Shown here: positions 8,696 through 16,179 of the stretch, piece after piece
Position numbering within the stretch: the first letter of the stretch is position 1
How the letters are laid out: every line of letters begins with the position of its first letter
Assembly: GCA_946185205.1 (NCBI GenBank)
Contig: CAMHIP010000001.1
Coordinates: 630-64,629, forward strand
DNA: 64,000 bases
Direction of reading: 5' to 3'
From: an uncultured Bacteroidales bacterium
Lineage (GTDB): Bacteria; Bacteroidota; Bacteroidia; Bacteroidales; UBA932
Made by a program: the position numbers and the translations under genes
The notes under the pieces: model-generated
Database searches by the model: none
What the model saw: only the letters and a program-made list of their open reading frames with translations
What the model was told of the DNA's origin: nothing

Positions 8696-11149
8696 ATTTT
8701 TCTTCCGAAGGGACGGGAGGGCGGCGCCGAGGACGGCACCGAGCGCGGCGAGCAGCAGGAGGATGGAGGTGGCGCGGGAGATGGCCTCGCCCCGGCGGTA
8801 GGACGGCGGATCGAAGCGCATTACCAGGTCATGCTCGCCGGCCGGGACCTGCGCCGCGCGCAGCAGCGTGCCTTCCAGCTCGATCGGGATCACCTCGCCG
8901 GTGTCCGCTACGGTCAGGGTCCAGCCCACGGGATAATAGACTTCGCTGAAAATCAGCCGCGCAGCCTCGGGCGTGTTGTAGTGGTAGCGCAGCTCGTTGG
9001 GGGCGTAGGAGGTCAGGGTGACGCGGGGAGATTCGCCGGCGAATGACGAAGGAACATCGAACCAGGCGTTCCCCTTGGCGTAGGGATAGCGCAGCGGGGG
9101 CATCTCTCCGTCCAGGATGATGTACCGGCAGTTCATCTGCGCGAGCCCCGGAAGGTACGGCAGGGCGGCTTCGGCTTCTTCGACCGTCTTGGCCTCGCCG
9201 AGGGCTTTGGCGAGCTGGTTGATTTCGCCCGTGAGGGTGCTTTCGATAAATTCCTGATAACGTTGGAGTTTGGCGGGCGAATAGCCGCCGATGTTCTTGT
9301 GCCAGTAGGACGGGTGGGAGTCGTTGAAGATGTTGACCGTCAGGTCCAGGACGCGGAACGAAGGGTCCGTGTCGGAGAGGATCATCTCATCGACGGGGCG
9401 CTTGTTGAACTGGCTCTGGAAGGAGCGCGGGGAGACGAAGTCGCCCGCACCCAGGTAGCGCTTGCCCGCAAGGCCCAGGTCGAGCAGGATCAGGAAGGCG
9501 ATCAGCAGACTGGCCGTCAAGCGGCGTCCGCGACCCATCTCAGGCTGCGTAGCAAAGGTCTTCGGGGCGTTCTTCGGAACGGAAGTCCCCCACCACAGCA
9601 GCCCGAACGCCCCGCCGATCAGCGCCAGCGAGCGCAGCGCGTCCATCACCAGCAGGTGCCGCCGGTCGGCCGCGAGAGCATCCACGAGCACATCCGGCTG
9701 GCCGGCATCCACGCTCCCGCTGAAGGTCCCGGCGATGCCGGGGAACAGCACGCAGAGCAGGCAGAAGCCGCCGGTGATCGCTGCGGCGATCCAGCCCTTC
9801 TCCCGGAAGAGAGCGGCCGCGTCCGGCTGCTTCACGATGCGGTCCAGCACCAGAAAGCCCAGCATCGGCAGGGTGAACTGCAGCACCACCAGCGCCATCG
9901 AGACCGTCCGGAACTTGTTGTAGAGCGGCGCGACGGCGTAGAAGAATTTCGTGAACGCGAGGAAATGGCTGCCCAGGGCGAGCAGCACGGCGAGGATCGT
10001 CCCCGCAATGAGCCACCCCTTCTCCTTTCCCTTGAAGGCGAACAGGCCCAGCACGAAGAGGAAGATGGTGATGGCACCCATGTACATCGGCCCGGCCGTG
10101 AAGGGCTGCGGGCCCCAGTAGAGCGGAAGGCTCTTGGAGACTTCCTTCAGGTTGGGCTGCCCGGCCCGCTTGAGCAGGTCGTAGGTCTCGGAGTGTTTCG
10201 GGTTGACCGCCCCGGCGGAAGAGCCGCCGTTGAAGTTGGGAATCAGCAGGTTGGGCAGTTCCTCCCAGCCGTAGGACCAGGCCGTGGCGTAGTCGAGGTC
10301 GAGCCCTTTGGTGCCTGCGCCGCCTTCGGAAGCCGCCGTGCTGCCGCCTCGCATGGAGTAGGGGGTGTATTCCATCGTGGGGAGGAGCTTGGTGGCGTTG
10401 GTGGCGATGCCCGCGACGCCCAGGACCAGCAGCAGCGCCGAGGCGGTGAAGAAGCGGCCCCATTTCGTCATTCCCGGCCCGGCCGGGGCGTCTTTCCGGA
10501 AGAGGTCCACCACCAGCACGATCACGTAGATCAGGATCAGCAGCGCCAGGTAGTAGGTGATCTGGGGATGGTTGGCCTTGACCTGGAAACTCAGCGCCAG
10601 GCCGAACAGCGCCGCCCCGAGGACGGTGCCCGGCAACCAGGACTTCTTTTTGATTTGATTATAAGTGAAGATCAGCGCTGCGAGGACCCAGGGGAGGAAG
10701 GCGAGGGCCTGCATCTTGGTGTTGTGGCCGACCTGGATGATCTGCAGGTTGTAGGAGCAGAAGGTCACGGCAATGGCGCCGCCGACGGCGATGAGCGGAT
10801 GGATCCCCAGCGCGAGCATCAGCAGCCAGGCGCCCAGCAGCGAGAGGAACAGATACGTGGCCGGGCGGCGTCCCAGCAGCAGGAAATCATAGATTTTCTG
10901 CGTCCAGTCCCCTTTCGTGGAGGCGTGGATCGTGGCCGTCGGCATGCCGCCGAACATCGACTCGGTCCAGGCCGTCTGGTCGTCGGGGTGGGCGGCGTTC
11001 CACTCCATCATCTCGTGCGACATGCCCTGCCAGCCGGAGATGTCGCTCTGGTTGACGATCTTGCCGCTCAGCACCTGGGGCACATAAGCATAAGAAAGGG
11101 CGAGCAGGCCGACCACGATGGCGGCGTACAGGAGGATTTTCTTTTTCAT
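8654..11149 (-). CDS. YfhO-family polytopic membrane protein (GT-C-like)
   Basis: QSDI...WTESMFGGMP, GHNTK, HPQITYY, YWGPQPFTAGP, NKFR and GGYSPAKLQRYQ motifs; many TM segments. Confidence 0.88.
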   Translation of the reverse strand: MKKKILLYAAIVVGLLALSYAYVPQVLSGKIVNQSDISGWQGMSHEMMEWNAAHPDDQTAWTESMFGGMPTATIHASTKGDWTQKIYDFLLLGRRPATYLFLSLLGAWLLMLALGIHPLIAVGGAIAVTFCSYNLQIIQVGHNTKMQALAFLPWVLAALIFTYNQIKKKSWLPGTVLGAALFGLALSFQVKANHPQITYYLALLILIYVIVLVVDLFRKDAPAGPGMTKWGRFFTASALLLVLGVAGIATNATKLLPTMEYTPYSMRGGSTAASEGGAGTKGLDLDYATAWSYGWEELPNLLIPNFNGGSSAGAVNPKHSETYDLLKRAGQPNLKEVSKSLPLYWGPQPFTAGPMYMGAITIFLFVLGLFAFKGKEKGWLIAGTILAVLLALGSHFLAFTKFFYAVAPLYNKFRTVSMALVVLQFTLPMLGFLVLDRIVKQPDAAALFREKGWIAAAITGGFCLLCVLFPGIAGTFSGSVDAGQPDVLVDALAADRRHLLVMDALRSLALIGGAFGLLWWGTSVPKNAPKTFATQPEMGRGRRLTASLLIAFLILLDLGLAGKRYLGAGDFVSPRSFQSQFNKRPVDEMILSDTDPSFRVLDLTVNIFNDSHPSYWHKNIGGYSPAKLQRYQEFIESTLTGEINQLAKALGEAKTVEEAEAALPYLPGLAQMNCRYIILDGEMPPLRYPYAKGNAWFDVPSSFAGESPRVTLTSYAPNELRYHYNTPEAARLIFSEVYYPVGWTLTVADTGEVIPIELEGTLLRAAQVPAGEHDLVMRFDPPSYRRGEAISRATSILLLLAALGAVLGAALPSLRKKNAVEGTDKGPSTAK
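9029..9047 (-). repeat. Collapsed CGTC-type REP remnant inside yfhO
   Basis: Minus strand (C)GTCATTCGCCGGCGAATCT: the REP termini GTCAT...ATCT without the central loop. Confidence 0.5.
10467..10493 (+). repeat. Degenerate CGTC-type REP inside yfhO
   Basis: (C)GTCATTCCCGGCCCGGCCGGGGCGTCT; encodes DAPAGPGMT in a loop between TM helices. Confidence 0.55.
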
Positions 11150-12489
11150 GGAAGGATCTGGATCAGTTGCGCCGTGAGGGCGCGGCGGGTGTATTTCTCG
11201 ATGCCGGTCGTCTCCGGATGCGGCGCATCCAGGAAGGCCGTCAGTTCTTCTTTCTTGTCCCAGTCGAACATCTGTCCGGCCCCGGCGTCGCGCAGGATCT
11301 GCGCCGCGGCGCCGTCTTCCTGGCCGATACCGAGCACGGGACGCCGGGCGGCGAGGTATTCGAAGATCTTGCCGGGCAGGACCTTGGCGTATTCGGGCTC
11401 CTGCCGCAGGGGCAGCAACAGGATATCGGCGGCACGCTGCTCGCGCACCGTCTCGTCGTGGGGCAGGTAGCCGAGTTCGACGAGGTTGGCGCCCAGGCCG
11501 CGCCCGCGGATGGCGTCCGTGACGGCGCGGTCGACCTTGCCGGCGAGGCGGATCTGCAGACGCTCCCGGAAGGCGGGGTCGGCCCCGCAGCGCTCGGCGA
11601 GCGCATCCCAGAGGTTCAGGGGATTGCCGTCCGCGGCGAAGAGGCCGGTGTGGACGAGGCGGAAGAATGGGAGGTCGGGAGCGGCAGTGCCCCCGTGGAG
11701 CAGTTCTCCCGGACAGGGTCGGGCGTCAGCGGAGCGTAGCCCGATAGCGGAACGGGGGCAGCTGCCGCTCTGACCGGAATTCTCCGGGAAATCATCTTCG
11801 TCAAAGCCGTTCGTTATCAACACGACCGGCGTGCGCGTCTTGGCCCGGAAATCGGCGGCGACGGGCGGACTGACACTGACCACGGTATCGGCGGCGTCGA
11901 GCACCGCCTGCTCCAGGCGGCGGTGCCGCCGGTCCGCGGCGCGCGAGAGCCCGAGATGCTTGTAGTAGAACATCTCCGTCCACGGATCCCGGAAATCGGC
12001 AATCCAATGCAGCCCAAGGGCTTTTTTGAGGCCCAGGCCGATGAGGTGCACCGACTGCGGCGGACCCGTGGTCACGACGGCATCGACGGGATGCTCCTTC
12101 AGGTATTTCTTCAGATAGCGCACCGACGGGCGCACCCAGCCGATCCGCGGATCGGGGATGAAGCAGTTGCCCCGGATCCACAGCGAGAGGCGCTGTTTCC
12201 AGCTCTTCTTCTGCGCGTTGACGGGGTTGACCTCCTGCCCCGCCTTGCCGCCGGTCAGGCGGCGGTAGATCTCGTAGGGCTCGGTGATGTGCGTCTTGAT
12301 GACTTCCGCGCAGGCGGGGATGTCGGCGAGCAGGCTCTCGTCGCGCGCAAGTTGCTCGGGATTCTCCGGCGTGTAGATCACCGGCTGCCAGCCGTGCTCC
12401 GGCAGGTACTTGCTGAACTTTACCCAACGCTGGACCCCCGATCCGCCGGTCGGGGGCCAGTAGTAGGTGATGATCAGCAGCCGTTTCAC
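11146..12489 (-). CDS. Glycosyltransferase family 4 with a palindrome-derived insertion
   Basis: ITYYWPPTGGSGVQR, TTGPP, DFRDPW, NGFD and PGKIFEYL motifs. GTG start overlaps the upstream TGA. Confidence 0.9.
   Translation of the reverse strand: MKRLLIITYYWPPTGGSGVQRWVKFSKYLPEHGWQPVIYTPENPEQLARDESLLADIPACAEVIKTHITEPYEIYRRLTGGKAGQEVNPVNAQKKSWKQRLSLWIRGNCFIPDPRIGWVRPSVRYLKKYLKEHPVDAVVTTGPPQSVHLIGLGLKKALGLHWIADFRDPWTEMFYYKHLGLSRAADRRHRRLEQAVLDAADTVVSVSPPVAADFRAKTRTPVVLITNGFDEDDFPENSGQSGSCPRSAIGLRSADARPCPGELLHGGTAAPDLPFFRLVHTGLFAADGNPLNLWDALAERCGADPAFRERLQIRLAGKVDRAVTDAIRGRGLGANLVELGYLPHDETVREQRAADILLLPLRQEPEYAKVLPGKIFEYLAARRPVLGIGQEDGAAAQILRDAGAGQMFDWDKKEELTAFLDAPHPETTGIEKYTRRALTAQLIQILP
11673..11775. 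repeat. About 103-bp palindromic element inserted in frame in the GT4 gene
   Basis: Arms GGTCGGGAGCGGCAGTGCCCCCGT (11673-11696) and ACGGGGGCAGCTGCCGCTCTGACC (11752-11775); internal hairpin TCGGGC...GCCCGA. Confidence 0.8.
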
Positions 12490-13760
12490 CGCTTGTAACC
12501 TTCGATGTTGGCCTTGACGGTCTCCCAGTCGTAGTAGGGGCCCTGGACCGGCTTGAGGCCGCGCAGCAGACGCTCCTGCTCCTGGTAGAGGAACTTGACG
12601 AGCACGCGTCCGGCCTTGTTGCGGTAGAAGATCATCTGCAGGTTGCTGGCCATCGGGATGTTCCAGAATCCCAGCCAGTTGTTGCAGACATCCTTGACCT
12701 CCAGGCGGTCGCCCACGCCCTCGATGCCGAGGTAGCTGACCAGCGCCATCAGCGGATAGTCGTGGCCGAAGCGCAGGTCGGCGGCATATTTGCCCGTGGC
12801 GATGGCCTCGTCGGCCTTCGTCACGATGTCATCCACGGTGGGCTTCGCCATCGGGACGCGCTGCGCGCCCACGGCGGCGGAATTGCAATGGCCCAGGTAG
12901 AGGAAGAGGTTGTTCTGCGCCCAGCGGCGGTAGATCGCATCGAAGGGCAGGAAGCGGTAGAGGTCCTCCTCGATGTCGAAGTCCTCGGCCACGACGGCCG
13001 TGTTGAAGACCTTCTCCGTCAGGCGGCGGGGGCTGTCCACGAAGGTCAGCGCCTTGTCAACGTCGGTGAAGAGGCGGCTCAGCACGCCGAGCGTGTCGTC
13101 CGGCACCTGACGCATCCACTCAAAGCTCTCGCGCATCGCGTTGCCGGTCACCTGCTGCCAGCCCTCGGTCGGGTCGATGTATTTCATGAACTGCTCGCCC
13201 GTGTCCAGCCGGATGTTCAGCTCCTTGTCCTGGCGGATCAGCGAGTTGGTGAAGGCGTTCATGCTGATGATGCAGCGCTGCACCGTGCTCGCGTAGGCGC
13301 GGATATTTTTATGATTCTCAAAGACTTCCGGATAGCGGTGGTACATCCGCTCGGCCAGGGCCGCATGCTCGCGTGCGCCGCGCTGCGACAGGCGCCCGTC
13401 CATCCCGTCGTAGCTCTCCAGCACCTTGCGCGCCGCCACGCGCAGCGAATCGCCGCCGGGCGTGAGGATGCCCAGGCCCTTGCCCACCTCCAGGGTGCGG
13501 ATCAGGTCTTCGTAGTCCTTGCCGCCCCAGTTGGAGCGGGAACCGTGACGGCCGTAGTGGCTGATATAGAAGGGCGTGTAACCCTTCGGCGCCGGCGTGT
13601 CCTTCAGCTCGAAGAACTCATAGGAGTTGAGATTGTTGCCGGCGCGGGTCGGCTCGGCCTGCAGGGCGCGGACGGCCGCCTCGGAGCGCCAGGGCTGGGC
13701 AGAGGCCGCTGCGGAAAGGAGCGTCAGCAGGGCAGTCAGGATGAGGGATCTTGTCTTCAT
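12486..13760 (-). CDS. Histidine acid phosphatase (clade 2), secreted
   Basis: Signal peptide; HYGRHGSR and RFGHD catalytic motifs. Confidence 0.9.
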   Translation of the reverse strand: MKTRSLILTALLTLLSAAASAQPWRSEAAVRALQAEPTRAGNNLNSYEFFELKDTPAPKGYTPFYISHYGRHGSRSNWGGKDYEDLIRTLEVGKGLGILTPGGDSLRVAARKVLESYDGMDGRLSQRGAREHAALAERMYHRYPEVFENHKNIRAYASTVQRCIISMNAFTNSLIRQDKELNIRLDTGEQFMKYIDPTEGWQQVTGNAMRESFEWMRQVPDDTLGVLSRLFTDVDKALTFVDSPRRLTEKVFNTAVVAEDFDIEEDLYRFLPFDAIYRRWAQNNLFLYLGHCNSAAVGAQRVPMAKPTVDDIVTKADEAIATGKYAADLRFGHDYPLMALVSYLGIEGVGDRLEVKDVCNNWLGFWNIPMASNLQMIFYRNKAGRVLVKFLYQEQERLLRGLKPVQGPYYDWETVKANIEGYKR

Positions 13761-13820
13761 AAACAGTCAGAATGGTCTTATCTGACAAAGATAACGATTT
13801 CTTCAATCAAATGGAAGCCC

Positions 13821-13960
13821 GGCCTCGCGGAAGAGGCCAGATCGAGCGCTACGGGGGGCTCCAAGAAAGGGCCCTCCTCGCGCTCGACTGTTGCCTGTGC
13901 CATCACCCGAAATGTCCAACCTTAACTTTTGGGACGAAATCCATCACCCCAAATGTCCAC
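13821..13960. repeat. Cluster of hairpins and a 41-bp-period direct repeat
   Basis: TCGAGCGC...GCGCTCGA stem (13842-13887); CCATCACCC(G/C)AAATGTCCA at 13900-13918 and 13941-13959. Confidence 0.7.
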
Positions 13961-13966
13961 ATGACC

Positions 13967-14041
13967 CAAACTGTTGGTGGCGTCGGAAGTCACGTTGCCG
14001 TTGGCGTCACAGGAGGTGATGTCCTCGTACGAGGTGGTTCC
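13967..14041 (-). pseudogene. 25-codon RHS/YD-repeat fragment
   Basis: Translates GTTSYEDITSCDANGNVTSDATNSL (yDANGNvTSD motif); its last residues match the first residues of the RHS fragment starting at 15981. Confidence 0.6.
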
Positions 14042-14044
14042 CCT

Positions 14045-14130
14045 GTCGTTAAGGGTCCCGGGATTGGACCCTCAAAAGCATTTTGGGCCCTTTTTGCCGT
14101 TGAGGGTCCATCTGCTGGACCCTCAACAAC
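14045..14130. repeat. Palindrome doublet A2 (51-bp period), same family as 8610-8695
   Basis: GTTAAGGGTCC-cgggatt-GGACCCTCAAA (14048-14076) and GTTGAGGGTCC-atctgct-GGACCCTCAAC (14099-14127); linker ATTTTGGGCCCTTTTT. Confidence 0.85.
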
Positions 14131-14132
14131 AT

Positions 14133-14174
14133 CAGCGTCGCCCTTGATTGCAATTTGCTTCAGGGGCGACGCTG
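14133..14174. repeat. Inverted repeat (REP- or terminator-like)
   Basis: CAGCGTCGCCCTTGA-N12-TCAGGGGCGACGCTG. Confidence 0.7.
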
Positions 14175-14193
14175 GAAGAAGGATGTGTCCGGA

Positions 14194-14559
14194 CTATCCG
14201 GGGATCAGCCGGGTGGCTTCGGCGTTGTGGGAGACCCGGGCGAAGGGCTGGCGCCGGATGACGCGCAGCAGGGTCCGGTCGCGGGTGTCGCCGGGGGTGG
14301 CGACGCTGTCCAGCCAGTAGTAGGTATGGCCGGTGCGCTCGGCGAAGGCGTCAACCTCATAGATGACGAAGGGAAGCAGGTGAATCTCCGAGGTTGGGGA
14401 CAGCTTGACGCTGTCCGTCGGGAAGGCTCAGAGGTACTCCGTGACCCGGGCGTCCGGCCCGCTCTGGCGCTCCGCGAAGGTCACTACGCAGTAGTTGCCG
14501 GCGGAGGCGATGTTCCACTGGAGAGAAAGAATTAGATAGAAAACAAATGTATGTTTCAT
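14194..14559 (-). pseudogene. Secreted hypothetical protein interrupted by an in-frame TGA
   Basis: MKHTFVFYLILSLQWNIASA...VTEYL*(14428-14430)AFPTDSVK...RLIPG*. The same frame stays open for 77 more codons with host-like GC3. Confidence 0.55.
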
Positions 14560-14572
14560 AGTAGCTATAAGA

Positions 14573-14953
14573 CTATAAACATTTCTTCCAGAACAAGGTA
14601 GCTTGATAAACAAAATATGTCAAAATGAGAATACAACATACAGCAGTTGAATAAACACGATAATGTGAGGTAAAATGAACATTCCCAATCAAGCAATCGA
14701 TCACGATGAATACTAAAATACTTTTCCATATAAACACCCAGCATTGTCGTTGCAAATAGGTCATTCTCTCATATTGCATACTCTGTCTATCAAGGATAAA
14801 CCAGATAAAAAGAATGTCAATTGACCAAGAAGAAACTTCTATAACCCATGGATTTTCAAATATTGATGGGTAGAATAGACGAAAGCAACCTTTAAGGAAG
14901 TAAAACAGAACAAAACTATTAAATGGGAGAAGCGCTCTGAAATTTGGGCTCAT
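14573..14953 (-). CDS. Low-GC multi-TM protein, candidate immunity protein for the RHS C-terminal domain
   Basis: 126 aa with about 3-4 hydrophobic segments, AT-rich, directly downstream of the RHS C-terminus. Confidence 0.6.
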   Translation of the reverse strand: MSPNFRALLPFNSFVLFYFLKGCFRLFYPSIFENPWVIEVSSWSIDILFIWFILDRQSMQYERMTYLQRQCWVFIWKSILVFIVIDCLIGNVHFTSHYRVYSTAVCCILILTYFVYQATLFWKKCL

Positions 14954-15045
14954 AAAAAAGAGGATAACTTGTATTATTATCTAATATTAATTCCTCCTCG
15001 AAGTTAGTCTTATCCGATGGAGTTTCAAGGTCATTACTCTTTTCT

Positions 15046-15981
15046 CTATCTCCTGCGATCCATTTTTTTTATTTGTTCTTGGACAATGGGATGCTGATTA
15101 TCGAAGCAAAGAACAGTTGCGATAAAAAGGATTGCTGAGTATTTGTCCACTTTTGGAACGGGATCATTTGGATCCGGCAGATTATTATTCATGTTTTGCT
15201 GGTGTTTCAACATGATTTGTCGTGTCTCATCTTCAGAAAGCCGATCTTGTCTTCCTTGCCAACCCCCTTCGGGACTCCAATTCTTAAATCTAATATGACC
15301 ATCAGCGGATTTTTTCAAGATGATGCCCGTAGTTATGATGCCAAGACTGATGGCGGCAAAATCAAACGCGGCAGCGGCTGCCCCACCAAGGACAAATGGA
15401 TTCTTTCCCGAAGGATCCACAAATCGAATCGGATTATTACTACAATACGCATACGGACTCACGGCATAGTACTTCTCCGCCATCGGATCAATGGAGGTCC
15501 AGGCCGTGCGGTCGTAGAAGCGTGCACCGAAGTCACTGTAGGCAATGCCGAAGGCGTCCTGCTCCTCCTTTCCCGAGAAGCGCCAGCGGTTGTCCGAGAA
15601 CTGGGCCAGGCCGTTCGGATGGCGCGTCCCGAAAGGATAGTAGTCGTTCTGCTCGATGATGTTTCCGTTCGTCACGATGGCCCGCACGCTGCCCAGGTGG
15701 TCCGTGACATGGTAGTCCACCAGATAGGAACTGCCGCTCTTGCGGATGCGTCCTCCGCCGAAGGCCACGCTCTCCAGGGTCCTGGTCCCGTTGGCACCCC
15801 GGGCATACACAAAGGAGCCCACATAGTCCTTCCCGGCGCTGGCGGAGGTGTATGCCGCGGCTTTCGTCCCATCTGACAGGTATGTGTAGTTGGCTTTCAC
15901 GGTGCTTCCGGACTTGATCTGCGAAGGCAAGTTAAGCAAATTGCACGAGGATTGCAAGGAATTCGTGGCACCGGAGGTCAG
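15046..15981 (-). pseudogene. Orphan (5'-truncated) RHS repeat-associated core with a variable C-terminal domain
   Basis: NLLNLP, TDHLGSVR, DYYPFG, RFSGKE, DFGARFYD, DPMAEKYY and SPYAYCSNNPIRFVDPSG motifs; GC drops near 15460; no convincing start codon. Confidence 0.85.
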
Positions 15982-15986
15982 GCGGT

Positions 15987-16073
15987 GCGCGCCGCGTCCG
16001 TTTAGCACGGACGCAGCGGTCACTTTGGGCGGTTTTTTGCTCGCTGCGTCCGTCCGGCAGGGACGCAGCGTGC
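15987..16073. repeat. Palindrome doublet B (52-bp period): different stems, same linker as A1/A2
   Basis: CGCCGCGTCCG-tttagca-CGGACGCAGCG (15990-16018) and CGCTGCGTCCG-tccggca-GGGACGCAGCG (16042-16070); linker ACTTTGGGCGGTTTTTT. Confidence 0.85.
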
Positions 16074-16179
16074 AGTGAAGGACGGTGACCATTCCGCGGC
16101 GGATGTTTGACCGGAATGGAATGGTCGGGAAACGGGAGTTTTTGTTATTTTTGTACAGAATAACCAAACCACCACCGTT

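Noticed and set aside
14428-14430. Selenocysteine or genetic-code reassignment at the in-frame TGA
   Set aside because: TGA terminates several intact genes in the window; no redox motif or evident SECIS; a Trp-to-stop mutation is simpler.
13772-14535. + strand ORFs 13772-14320 and 14155-14535
   Set aside because: They run through hairpin arrays and antisense to RHS and pseudogene fragments; no coding signature.
8610-16073. Palindrome doublets as a CRISPR array
   Set aside because: Only two units per locus, the inter-repeat linker is conserved rather than unique, and no cas genes are present.
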